Part shown: one piece after another, positions 16,535 to 25,842 of the stretch
Position numbering within the stretch: position 1 is the stretch's first letter
How the letters are laid out: every line of letters begins with the position of its first letter
NCBI GenBank assembly: GCA_964426185.1
Contig: CAYRPF010000042.1
Span: forward strand, 1-25,842
Length of the DNA stretch: 25,842 nt
From: an uncultured archaeon
GTDB taxonomy: Archaea; Asgardarchaeota; Lokiarchaeia; Sigyniarchaeales; Promethearchaeaceae
Reading direction: 5' to 3'
Made by a program: the position numbers and the translations under genes
The notes under the pieces: generated by a model
The model's database searches: none
Seen by the model: the letters and a program-made list of their open reading frames with translations, nothing else
What the model was told of the DNA's origin: nothing

Positions 16535-17639
16535 AGAACTTGAAAGAGCCCAAAGTATCCTTGATGATGTAGTAAAATTATGTCAGAAGAACAATCTCAA
16601 GGGAGCCACGTATCTTACTATGCGTGTAATTGAAATATATTTGAATGCTGGGCTCTATCTCCACATTTCACCCGCTTTTAATCAATTGATCGTTTTTGTT
16701 CAAAAAGAAACGGACATTTTACTAATTATGGAAAAAGTGCAAAATGTTATAGTGGAGCTTGAATACTTAAATTTAGAAGAAGAAATTGCTAAATTAAAAT
16801 TAGTTTTGGCTGTTTTAGCCTATAAACAAGAAAATTTTGTTGAAGCAGCTAATCTCTACCAAGAAGTTGCAGAAAAATTTTTAGCAGTGGATCCCGACGA
16901 TTATCGCCAAGCATGTGTCATGTTTTTATTCCGTGCTGCAGAATGTTTTGAAAGAATTAACAGGTTAAAACGTGCCAAGCAATTGATTTATGAAGCAATC
17001 AAGCAAAATGATTCGAGTATTTTTGATTATCCTGCCCATTGTGAATCATTGAAAGAATTGATTTATAGAAAAAAATATGAAGAATCTATAACAGAATTAC
17101 GGGAAATCGCTGGTTTTTTCCGTAATATTCGGCAAAATTTGCGTGAAATGAATGAATTTTCTGATACGCTTGAATATTTGAAAAAGGCAATCTTAGCGCG
17201 TCTGTTGCATATGATTTCAGAATTTAACCTATTAAAAATAATGTGTTATCGATTTCTAAATAATTCAGAGGCTGTAAGAGCCCAAGCAGAAAAATCGATT
17301 AAAGATTTACAAGAAAGTGTCAAAATTTTTAAAGCACTGCTGAAACAATCCCGATACTCATCAGCAGATTTACGACAGGTGACATTTACAGTATTTCTCC
17401 TGCAGATATTTCAAGAATTTGCAAATTATCAAATAGAAGATCCTAAAGATCTCCTTCTTCGTGATGTTCCCCCTGAGATTCAAGACAAGCTCAAAAAATA
17501 TCCCTTTTTCCAGTATACCATGCATATTGTAGAATTTGATTTGAAACATTCACTAGAATTTTTCGATGAAATTATTTTATCCCATATATTGGAACCTTTC
17601 CGGGCTTTCATCATGCAATCTTTGAAAATTCTTGATTAA
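16500..17639 (+). CDS. All-helical TPR/alpha-SNAP-like repeat protein
   Basis: EAANLYQEVAEKF, LFRAAECFERI, KYEESITELREIA helical repeats; ATG at 16500 (ORF open from 16485). Confidence 0.65.
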   Translation: MEDELHSLEEQLELERAQSILDDVVKLCQKNNLKGATYLTMRVIEIYLNAGLYLHISPAFNQLIVFVQKETDILLIMEKVQNVIVELEYLNLEEEIAKLKLVLAVLAYKQENFVEAANLYQEVAEKFLAVDPDDYRQACVMFLFRAAECFERINRLKRAKQLIYEAIKQNDSSIFDYPAHCESLKELIYRKKYEESITELREIAGFFRNIRQNLREMNEFSDTLEYLKKAILARLLHMISEFNLLKIMCYRFLNNSEAVRAQAEKSIKDLQESVKIFKALLKQSRYSSADLRQVTFTVFLLQIFQEFANYQIEDPKDLLLRDVPPEIQDKLKKYPFFQYTMHIVEFDLKHSLEFFDEIILSHILEPFRAFIMQSLKILD

Positions 17640-17690
17640 TAATTAACAGAAATAGAAATCAAATTCAAAACAAAATAATACATGAACATT

Positions 17691-19367
17691 TTATTTTGAT
17701 TCGGCTGATTTCATGGGTTTACTATGAGTTTTGGCAAGTTCAGCTTCAATCCGCTCCCGATGAATTGTATTGTAGGTACAAAAAGGTATTTCTAATACGC
17801 GTTTTCCTTCAGGATCATCCGGATCAAGCACTCCATAATGAACCACACATCTTCGAACACGCTCTACATCTAAATCGTAAGCATCTTGAAAATGCATGCA
17901 ACCCACGAATAATAAACCGTGCTGTAGCATCTGTTTTGATTTCTCAATTCGGATATCATTTAAGAAATTCAAAATAAATCGATACATTGGGTCGTTCAAA
18001 ATTTGTGAAATATTGAAATTTTTCAAGTATTTTAAGGATCCGATACCCCAATACAGTTTCATGAAATTTCGATAGGCAATATCAGTCATTTCATCGGAAA
18101 AGTTAACCAACACATCGAATGCACGTTCAATTCCTAAAGTATAAGCAAATGATTTCAAACTTAGGAGCCATTTAGAAGGTTTCGGTACTTCCCGTTTTAA
18201 CACCATATCCCAACATTGATTTGCCCAGCTGATAAAACCCTCGACATTAATCAAATCTTCCATGGCAACCCATTCACCCTTTTGAATGGGCATGAAAGTA
18301 GCCCAACCACAATCATCATGAGCCGAGATAGACCAACCAGGTAAGTCTGAGAACCAAACTAATAATTGCGTAAGTTTACTAGAAGTAGTTAATGGATAAA
18401 ATTTTGTGATTTTTTGGTTGGTTACTGTTTTGATTTCTTGAATTAGATCGCTGGCAGTATAGCGCATATTCATTAAATCTTCTAAAGTAATTCGTCCGCA
18501 AAGAGAAACGGGTTGAAACACCAGTCCACCAATTATATCATTATTTTTCTTGGCATATTCCAAGATAGGGCCGATTTCGTGATCATTTACACCTTTAGCA
18601 ATTGTAGAAACCAGGAAAATCCCATCCAAGCCTACTTCACGACAGTTATCAATAACTTGCTGTTTAATATTAGTTAAATCTTTTCCCCGAATTTTCTCGT
18701 AGATACCATGTGAGCTTTCACTAGAAGCATCCCAAGACAGATAAATAGCACCTAATCCCACCTCTTTTAATTGTCGGCAGAAATCCTTACTACGTGCCAT
18801 TCGAATACCATTGGTATTTAACATAGTATGGGGGAATCCTAACTCTTTAGCTTTCTTCAATATATCTAAAATTCGAGGATGCAATGTTGGTTCTCCACCA
18901 GAAAACTGGGCAATAACTGCATGATAAGGACGTTGTTTAATAAAATGTTCCATTATTTGGACTACTTCTTCATAAGAATACTCTACAATATGCCCCGCAG
19001 CGTTAGAATTAGCAAAGCAGATTGGACAGTTAAGGTTGCAGCGGTTAGTTATGTCTATTATCATTAAATTTGCCGCAGAAAGATGTTTATCGCAGAGACC
19101 GCAATCGTATGGGCAACCATGTTGTGTGGGAATTTTGAGAATATTTTCCGGCGTGGTAGAAAATGGAGAATCGAGATTGATTGCTTCTTGATTTTTCCAT
19201 TGGTAATATTCGGGATCAATAGAGATTTTGTCTTTAAATTCACCGTGTTTAGGGCAAGTTTTACGCATAAGAACCCAATTAGTTTCAGAATCAATATAAA
19301 TTTCAGCTGGGATGGGTTCCATGCATTCTGGGCAAATAGATGTAGTTTTACGAAGAATTTTAACCAT
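17691..19367 (-). CDS. tes: Radical SAM tetraether lipid synthase (GDGT macrocyclic archaeol synthase, MJ0619 family)
   Basis: N-terminal TTSICPEC...CPKHG; CPYDCGLCDKH; TNRCNLNCPICFAN (CxxxCxxC); SGGEPT; C-terminal CMHFQDAYDLDVERVRRCVVHY...IPFCTYN; ATG at 19367 with AGGT upstream. Confidence 0.88.
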   Translation of the reverse strand: MVKILRKTTSICPECMEPIPAEIYIDSETNWVLMRKTCPKHGEFKDKISIDPEYYQWKNQEAINLDSPFSTTPENILKIPTQHGCPYDCGLCDKHLSAANLMIIDITNRCNLNCPICFANSNAAGHIVEYSYEEVVQIMEHFIKQRPYHAVIAQFSGGEPTLHPRILDILKKAKELGFPHTMLNTNGIRMARSKDFCRQLKEVGLGAIYLSWDASSESSHGIYEKIRGKDLTNIKQQVIDNCREVGLDGIFLVSTIAKGVNDHEIGPILEYAKKNNDIIGGLVFQPVSLCGRITLEDLMNMRYTASDLIQEIKTVTNQKITKFYPLTTSSKLTQLLVWFSDLPGWSISAHDDCGWATFMPIQKGEWVAMEDLINVEGFISWANQCWDMVLKREVPKPSKWLLSLKSFAYTLGIERAFDVLVNFSDEMTDIAYRNFMKLYWGIGSLKYLKNFNISQILNDPMYRFILNFLNDIRIEKSKQMLQHGLLFVGCMHFQDAYDLDVERVRRCVVHYGVLDPDDPEGKRVLEIPFCTYNTIHRERIEAELAKTHSKPMKSAESK

Positions 19368-19502
19368 AATAATTACCTGAGTGATATCATACAATTGTAA
19401 TAAACGGGAAAGATAAGAATCAACTCCTAAACATGGGTGTTGGGAGAATTGTTCCCGTATTAATGGATTTAATTAATTTCGGTTTTGATTAAAAGTTTTC
19501 AG

Positions 19503-22500
19503 TTATTTTTGAAAAGGAGGTCGACGTCGAAAAAAAGTATTTATCCAGCGGTAGCGACGCCTAAAATGTTCAAGCTCTTTAGGTGTTAACTTTAATTGAG
19601 CGCGCTCCATGATGTTCTCGAGAAGTGCGTTTTCTTCGGTGTTGTGAAAATTCCTACCCATTTCATATACAATTGCATAAAGAATTAACGCAGAATAATA
19701 ATCTCCATGCCTTTCATATAACAAAGCACGACGGAAAATTTCATCTTTACGGGCAAAAAACTCAATTTTATCAAGTGATTTTCGCCCACGTAAGAATATA
19801 TCTTGAAAATCTTTAAGAGTGCGGGATAGGAACTGTAACATGGATAATCCTTCAAGTGGTTCGTTCACAATATTTGGAGAAACCGTGATTTCTTCCCAAT
19901 TTTTCTCAGAATTTAAAGGAATGCGAAGTGTGTTTAACTTAGACAGTAATTGCGGCTCCGATGAAGATGAAGTTGAATCTTCTAATTTTAAAGTTGTTTT
20001 CAATAGTGGGATATTTTGCATAGTTGCATAAATCGGAGTATATCGGAAAAAACGATATGAAATTCTTCTTCCAATAAGAATTAACACAGGAATTCCGATT
20101 AAAGCAATTCCAACAATGATAATTAAAGGAAGAAAAATCTTTTGAAATGAATTCCGGGTTATTTCAAATTGTATACTGAAAGAATTACTTACACTTGTTC
20201 TAGATTCAGGGGCTGAAATTTTGAGAAGAATGTAATTGAATTGATTTTTAGATGGAACTTTAATATTTTTAATAAAATACATGCCATTAGAATCGGTTTT
20301 TAATGATAATTGTATCGTTTCATTTGAATCAGCGCCAATAAAGGTAATTTCTGCTAAAAGATTAAAATTAGAGGCTAGCCATTGATCAGAACCGTTGTTA
20401 AAAAAAACTCTCCCTGTAAATTCAAAATTACTTTCTTCTACAACACTAACGATATCGTGATAATTGAACTCAACATTCCATCGAGGAATTACTTCTAATG
20501 AAATTGGATCTAATTGAGTAGGAGATAAATTGGTTGTATTTGCAAAAATGAAAATTTGATATTCCATTGCTGGTTGTAGTTGATCCATTGCGAAATTGGC
20601 ATAATATTTACCTGTGGCTGAAGATATTAAAGAAAATCGAGTGATATTAGAAATAATAAGATTATTGGTCGAATCAAAAATATATCCCCAAATAGATCCA
20701 TATCGAAATGGTAAAAATGTGTTAGAAGTGGCTAAATAGGTAGCTAGATAATGATATTGAAGAGTTATTTTTAACGGATGGTCATATCCTTCAAATTCAT
20801 AAAGTATTGGGGGCTGTAAAATAGGATAATGAATAGAATAGGTGGAAGAATCGATAAACTCAAGATATGTGGGAGGTGCTTTAACATTTATGGTGATTTC
20901 TTGAATTTGGGGTTCGCATTTTGCAGTATTATTTTGACAGTATAAAGAAAGAGTAATAGTATGCTCTCCAATGAAATTAAATGAACTGAATGGATCGGTG
21001 TAAAATCGTAAAATAAAATTATAATTATCATTATTAAATTCACTAGAATTAAAAAACCACCAAGAAGAATCAATTAAAATTTTATCAATATAAGCGGAAA
21101 TATTATAATTTTGGATTTGAAATTGTTTAACTAAGGGCTCGCCATTTGCAAAATACCATTTGCCTTGAACAGTTAAACTTTGGTTGAAGAATATAGTTGT
21201 ATTGCTAATCATGTAGGAAAATGACGTGTCAAGAAGGAAAAATACCTGCACCATACAAGTTTGAGTTTGATAACGATAATGAGAAAAAGTAATGGATACA
21301 TTTCTATTAGTTCCCGCTTGAAAATTTAAAGAGAAAGCAAAAAGAGAAATATAGTACCACTCTTCGTAATATTCAATAGAATAATTCTCTGCAGGCCATG
21401 AAACGGACACATTTGCTGAAGAAATCGGATTTGATGATTTATCTTCATATCTAATTCGGAATGTTCGTGGGGGATTTGATGAATTGAGGGTAAGATCGAT
21501 AGAGTGGTGAGATTGATGAAGAAACGCTTGATTTTTCAAAGGATAGTGAGCTATAACCGAACCCGCCCAAGAATCATTATGCCACCATATTCTCGCAGTG
21601 AGAAAATCTCCTGAAATGTGCTCTGGAAGTATAAATGTGGGAAAAATAAGTTGAGGTAGTGTACCATTGATGGTTTCAGAATACATAGTATGATTATAAT
21701 CGAGATATTGGGCTTTACTGGGAAAATATGTTGAATTAATCGGGCTTCCGTTACCATTTGTTTGCCAAAAAGATAATGAAACAAGCATAGTTGTATTATG
21801 GGTATTTATTTCAGGAACAATCTCATCTAATCCGCCGTAAAACGGTAGCGAAGGAGAAATATCAAAAACTACTGGTGAATTGTCTGAAATTGCCGAAAAT
21901 TCCGCAGACAGTAAAGAATAGGGCGATATTACAGAGTAATTATTTGGAAGTGAATGAAAAGAAAGGGAACCATTAAACGTAAGAGATATGTTTCGCCAAT
22001 GATTCGGAAACGAAATTAGATACCGGAAAGTTTCAGTTTTGAATTTAATTATGGATGTATTAGCTGGAATCTCTCCTTCAGGTAGTATTCCATACCATTG
22101 AACTTCAGAACTTAAATAGGGGATGGTAAATGAGGTAGAATTACCAATTAACTGATTACTAACGATAAGATCTATGGAAAAATTAAATAGGCAAGATGAA
22201 TTTGCTTGAAAAAGGATGGGAAACTGTCCTAAAACAACTGGCCATCCCAAATCATCGCCAATGGTTGAATTAAAATTTATATGTAAAGGAACGCCTAAAA
22301 ACGTTCTTTCCGTAGGGGCTCCTGAATCTTGATATATGGTTGCGTTTAATTGAAGATTGGTAGGATCTAAAGCAGAATATTCCAAGAATTCCATTGAATA
22401 TAAGAAATTTTTGGATGATACAGACCAGTGCAGACCGTCTTGGGAGAGAAGAGGGTTTTGGCTTCCGTCAGCGGGAGAAATAGTCGTATAAAGATTAAAA

Positions 22501-23699
22501 TAATTAGTAGGGTATCCAAAAGTTAGTCCGCTTGCATTTAGTACAAAGTAATATTCGCCAGAAGGTAAGAACACCGAAAATTGACTGAAATCAAAGACTT
22601 TCCAAGAAGATATTAGATCAGCTTGATTTACTCGCTGAATACTCGTGATTGGATCACTCATATTTGGCCCGGTGCCATTACTGGGATAGAGAGTCAGTTG
22701 AAATTCTCCAAATAAAGCCGAATAGGACCCAAATATCCTTAATTCTTGAAAATATGCAGGAGTTGAGAGTGTAAAATTTGCACTTACAAAAGATGAAGAT
22801 GCCTCTTTGTAAATTTGCACATAAGGATTTGTTATTTCTCCTATTTGGTTTATAGAAGAAGTTGAATAGGTATTTGAAGTATGATAAATCGGAAATTGAA
22901 TGGTTTGGTAAACCGAAAGATTGGAATAAATTAGGGTAAGGTTCGCAAAATGCATTCCTGATTGTGCTGCTGAAAAATTGTGCGCGTAACTATAATTTTC
23001 GTAATCCATAATGTCAGAAACGCTGAACTGGAGATTGTTGTCAATATATATTTGGACTTGGAAAATTTTATTGATCCCAAATGAGGCTATGGTGAAATTA
23101 ATCCAATTCAGATACTCGTTATCGCCAGGATTGGTGGTATTGAGAGAATTATTTGTATAGGTTATCCAATAGAAGGGAGTGCCTTCGATAGAATCATTTA
23201 TTGGTTGAAAATGGTTGGTAGATTTCCAAATTTCATCAATAGAAAGATTAAGACTAGTGACTCTAGTTTCTGATGGAAGCGGTAAGTATACTTGAGAACT
23301 ATTCTGAAATGTAGATGAAAGAGAAACAAATCGAGAATAATTTCCCTGTCCAGCAGTTGTGGAGGTATAATTTAGAGGATCTGTTGTTCCTGAATAGGAA
23401 GAATTGAATGTTTGATTATTTTCTCCAGTCAAGGGATCTGAAGATTTTCCAGCAGAATTTCTTTGAATGTAGGAAGATAATTGAGAATTATCACTATAAT
23501 TTGCATAGACGATATGATTTTCTTGAGGAAGTTCATCTAGGAATTCTGATTTCATATTATATTGATCAAATGAATTCGAGGGAGAATTTATTGAGCCTAA
23601 TGAAGATTCTGAAGTGAAATTGGGAATAAAGTAAATCGAAAACATTCCAGCTGTGAAGCATAAAATCATCCACACAATAAGGAATACTTTTCGATTCAC
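19503..23699 (-). CDS. Large single-pass cell-surface glycoprotein (~1400 aa) with a cytoplasmic tail
   Basis: Signal/TM at the N-terminus (GTG 23699: MNRKVFLIVWMILCF; ORF open from 23723); long S/T/N-rich beta-type ectodomain with many NxS/T sequons; TM IFLPLIIIVGIALIGIPVLILIG-RR; ~190-aa tail. Confidence 0.85.
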   Translation of the reverse strand: MNRKVFLIVWMILCFTAGMFSIYFIPNFTSESSLGSINSPSNSFDQYNMKSEFLDELPQENHIVYANYSDNSQLSSYIQRNSAGKSSDPLTGENNQTFNSSYSGTTDPLNYTSTTAGQGNYSRFVSLSSTFQNSSQVYLPLPSETRVTSLNLSIDEIWKSTNHFQPINDSIEGTPFYWITYTNNSLNTTNPGDNEYLNWINFTIASFGINKIFQVQIYIDNNLQFSVSDIMDYENYSYAHNFSAAQSGMHFANLTLIYSNLSVYQTIQFPIYHTSNTYSTSSINQIGEITNPYVQIYKEASSSFVSANFTLSTPAYFQELRIFGSYSALFGEFQLTLYPSNGTGPNMSDPITSIQRVNQADLISSWKVFDFSQFSVFLPSGEYYFVLNASGLTFGYPTNYFNLYTTISPADGSQNPLLSQDGLHWSVSSKNFLYSMEFLEYSALDPTNLQLNATIYQDSGAPTERTFLGVPLHINFNSTIGDDLGWPVVLGQFPILFQANSSCLFNFSIDLIVSNQLIGNSTSFTIPYLSSEVQWYGILPEGEIPANTSIIKFKTETFRYLISFPNHWRNISLTFNGSLSFHSLPNNYSVISPYSLLSAEFSAISDNSPVVFDISPSLPFYGGLDEIVPEINTHNTTMLVSLSFWQTNGNGSPINSTYFPSKAQYLDYNHTMYSETINGTLPQLIFPTFILPEHISGDFLTARIWWHNDSWAGSVIAHYPLKNQAFLHQSHHSIDLTLNSSNPPRTFRIRYEDKSSNPISSANVSVSWPAENYSIEYYEEWYYISLFAFSLNFQAGTNRNVSITFSHYRYQTQTCMVQVFFLLDTSFSYMISNTTIFFNQSLTVQGKWYFANGEPLVKQFQIQNYNISAYIDKILIDSSWWFFNSSEFNNDNYNFILRFYTDPFSSFNFIGEHTITLSLYCQNNTAKCEPQIQEITINVKAPPTYLEFIDSSTYSIHYPILQPPILYEFEGYDHPLKITLQYHYLATYLATSNTFLPFRYGSIWGYIFDSTNNLIISNITRFSLISSATGKYYANFAMDQLQPAMEYQIFIFANTTNLSPTQLDPISLEVIPRWNVEFNYHDIVSVVEESNFEFTGRVFFNNGSDQWLASNFNLLAEITFIGADSNETIQLSLKTDSNGMYFIKNIKVPSKNQFNYILLKISAPESRTSVSNSFSIQFEITRNSFQKIFLPLIIIVGIALIGIPVLILIGRRISYRFFRYTPIYATMQNIPLLKTTLKLEDSTSSSSEPQLLSKLNTLRIPLNSEKNWEEITVSPNIVNEPLEGLSMLQFLSRTLKDFQDIFLRGRKSLDKIEFFARKDEIFRRALLYERHGDYYSALILYAIVYEMGRNFHNTEENALLENIMERAQLKLTPKELEHFRRRYRWINTFFRRRPPFQK

Positions 23700-23819
23700 T
23701 GCGATCAAATAGAGAAATAGCAAAAGTAATTTATATTTATTTGGAAAAATTCATAGCTGGATTTTCGATTCGATAATGTGCATGAAGCATAAATACCACC
23801 AGAAATTGAAGATGTATGT

Positions 23820-25139
23820 ATGGTAAGAACTAAAATTTTGGATCCCCGCATAGTTCATGAAAGAGTTCTCCAGATTAAACTTAATAAACTCAGTCGCAAA
23901 TTGGAACGTGAATTAATTCAATCATTTCGCACTTTTTCCAATCAGATTGAGGAAGATATTAGAGCAATTGATGATTCTCCCCAATTGTTAAATATTATTC
24001 GGTTGGGAGATGCTTTTCGAGATTTATGTGAAAAAATTGGACAAGATCATACTCATTTTGGAGAATTTCTCCAATTTTTAAATGAAGTTAGAAGCCAAGA
24101 TCGCCATTTGGAACGTCTTATCGAAGCTTATAAGCGAAAATATGATCATGGTAATCCAGAGAAATTTCGGGTGGAAAAAATGATACCAGTCGACTATATC
24201 CTTCTGTTTTATCAAAATTTATGTACCATTTATGATGATTATCAAATTCAACAGCAAGAGTTGAAAGAATCTTTCTATTCTGGTCAATTAAACCAATCTG
24301 GCCATCTCAATTCTGATACATCTGGAAATCAATCGAATCGTTCAATCATTCAAAAAATTGGTCAAAAAGGAAAAATTTTTCAGGAAAAAATTCAGAATAT
24401 CTCTCATCTTACTACAAAAAAAGTTGAAACTTTGGATCAAAATTCAATCACCACCCGAATAATCTCAAATATCTATTATTGGCGCCATCCCGAAGAGAGA
24501 ATCGAAATGCAGAAAGAAATTGAAGAATTTCGTAAGAATACTCCACCTGAAATAATGGAGAAAATTAACCAACCGTTACCGTTCGCAGTTGAAAAAGCCT
24601 GTATTGATAAGCATTTGAAATACTTAACCAAACAACTGCAAGATTTCGAATCTCAAGGATTTATTACCCATATCCATGCATTTTTGGCCTTAATTTACCC
24701 TCATTTGGAAAAAGCTGCTGAAAAATTGGATGATACAACGGAATATAGCTTGTCCTTTGAAGAAAAAGCATTTTTAAAAGAAATTATTCGGAAATATTAT
24801 CGCAAAAACGAAGAGTGGCAAGATCGAGTATATCGCAAATATGAAAACCAGCAATTTTTGCACGAAAAACCCGTTTTAGAGCCGCCTGTTAACAAGAAAA
24901 TTCTCGAAACCTATTTACTCCAATATAACCAACAAAGAGAGAAATTGCAGATTATACGTGAAAACAAACGAATTTGTCGATATCTACAAGATGAAAAGAA
25001 GAAAAACCTTCACGGAAAAAAAATATTGAAGAAAAATGAATTAGAACAGAAGAAATTTGAAGAAAACGAATTAAGGAAGAAAAAATCAAAAGAAAATGTG
25101 AAAGAAATAATAAAACACCCTAAAAAACTTTTTCGTTAA
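23820..25139 (+). CDS. Hypothetical helical/coiled-coil protein with Lys/Glu-rich C-terminus
   Basis: 439-aa ORF, ATG and TAA, heptad-like charged helices; no motif recognised. Confidence 0.75.
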   Translation: MVRTKILDPRIVHERVLQIKLNKLSRKLERELIQSFRTFSNQIEEDIRAIDDSPQLLNIIRLGDAFRDLCEKIGQDHTHFGEFLQFLNEVRSQDRHLERLIEAYKRKYDHGNPEKFRVEKMIPVDYILLFYQNLCTIYDDYQIQQQELKESFYSGQLNQSGHLNSDTSGNQSNRSIIQKIGQKGKIFQEKIQNISHLTTKKVETLDQNSITTRIISNIYYWRHPEERIEMQKEIEEFRKNTPPEIMEKINQPLPFAVEKACIDKHLKYLTKQLQDFESQGFITHIHAFLALIYPHLEKAAEKLDDTTEYSLSFEEKAFLKEIIRKYYRKNEEWQDRVYRKYENQQFLHEKPVLEPPVNKKILETYLLQYNQQREKLQIIRENKRICRYLQDEKKKNLHGKKILKKNELEQKKFEENELRKKKSKENVKEIIKHPKKLFR

Positions 25140-25170
25140 TTTGTAGTAGTAATGAATGATTTGCAATACT

Positions 25171-25222
25171 ACCAAGCACCTAAAGGTTAACAGTTGCTTT
25201 GGCAACCAAGCACCTAAAGGTT
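25171..25222. repeat. 18-bp perfect direct repeat flanking a small hairpin
   Basis: ACCAAGCACCTAAAGGTT at 25171-25188 and 25205-25222; GTTGC-TTTG-GCAAC at 25193-25206. Confidence 0.85.
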
Positions 25223-25259
25223 TATAGGATGCTATCACGTTCACGATTTAGCAAAATGC

Positions 25260-25299
25260 TGTTTTACGTGTAAAACAATAAAATAAAACAAAAAAAAAA
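25260..25299 (-). terminator. Putative terminator of the Loki-CTERM gene (U-tract plus palindrome)
   Basis: A10 on + (25290-25299, U-tract on -) about 30 nt after the stop, then the palindrome TGTTTTAC-GT-GTAAAACA at 25260-25277. Confidence 0.45.
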
Positions 25300-25326
25300 G
25301 CAAGAAAGCAATAAATAAGATCCAAA

Positions 25327-25842
25327 TTATTTCCTTTTTCTGCGGTTAATTCGCATGTAAACGACTGCTACCGCTAAGAATGTAAATCCAATCCAAATAG
25401 GTAGAGAATATCCTGGAATGCTGCTTAAATCCATATCACTGAATGGATTATCATTAGGCGAAGTACCATTTCCTGAGCCATCACCATCATCACTTCCTGA
25501 AGGATTACTAGATTCAAATGAAATTCTTAGATTATACCAGTTAAGGGAATTATCTCCTGTTATTTTAATAATATAATCTCTATCTGAATCATAATTAAAA
25601 TCAATGACAAGGAAACCGTCATCAGTAGATCGATCCACTCTTATAAGACCCAAAGTTTCAGCATTAAGTAATTTCATGTTAAGAAGAATATTTTGGCGAC
25701 AATCCACTTCAATGTGAATTGTCCCAGCTGGCGCATGGAATCGATAATAGTCATCATCTCCTTGCCGTAAATCATTCCATTCACCTGGAGCATCCAACCA
25801 TGAAGCATATTGTGCTTCATCGTTATCTTCCATCCAATCATC
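25327..25842 (-). CDS. C-terminal part of a surface protein with a PPC-like domain and Loki-CTERM-type sorting signal (5' end outside the window)
   Basis: Frame is open to the window edge (DDWMEDNDEAQYA); DDDYYRF...YIIKI...YNLRI PPC-like pattern; G/S/D linker; IPGY, TM helix, RRKRK terminus. Confidence 0.85.
   Translation of the reverse strand, partial: DDWMEDNDEAQYASWLDAPGEWNDLRQGDDDYYRFHAPAGTIHIEVDCRQNILLNMKLLNAETLGLIRVDRSTDDGFLVIDFNYDSDRDYIIKITGDNSLNWYNLRISFESSNPSGSDDGDGSGNGTSPNDNPFSDMDLSSIPGYSLPIWIGFTFLAVAVVYMRINRRKRK

Noticed and set aside
17691-19367. Annotation as MoaA or a generic radical SAM enzyme
   Set aside because: The N-terminal CPEC/CPKH and CPYDCGLC blocks and the C-terminal MHFQD/IPFC blocks are characteristic of the Tes family.
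23724-23754. In-frame TGA upstream of the large surface protein as another Sec site
   Set aside because: It lies upstream of a good signal-peptide start (GTG 23699), has no Cys context, and no SECIS-like element was seen.
25171-25222. Possible mini-CRISPR array
   Set aside because: Only two 18-bp units with a 16-nt spacer and no cas genes; too short for a CRISPR.

Overview
AT-rich archaeal chromosomal window, most likely from an Asgard archaeon (Lokiarchaeia/Promethearchaeia-like). The assignment rests on an archaeal proteasome alpha subunit, tetraether lipid synthase (tes), an Arf/Rag-like GTPase with a C-terminal roadblock/longin-like domain, a vWA plus double-RING protein, and an IPGY-TM-basic (Loki-CTERM-type) sorting signal. 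About 20 credible CDSs are present. No rRNA, tRNA, CRISPR array or transposase was recognised. The standout feature is at 2045..2566. The ORF called as ending at ...MPDAQC (TGA 2408-2410) has a second in-frame TGA (2411-2413) and then 50 more open codons to a TAA at 2564-2566. It is the only one of the 20 credible genes whose first stop is not TAA. A eukaryote/Loki-type SECIS (AUGAU, 8-bp stem, AAA loop, UGAU; 2550-2584) overlaps the end of the extension. This points to an unannotated selenoprotein with a Cys-Sec-Sec (CUU) motif, next to an atypical three-CTD CDF metal transporter. Other items worth checking: a large receptor-like surface protein with a cytoplasmic MIT-like tail, a PAP2 homologue lacking its catalytic histidines, a MoxR AAA with an acidic tail plus a YehM-like partner, a 35-bp 5'-end gene duplication, and two structured intergenic elements.
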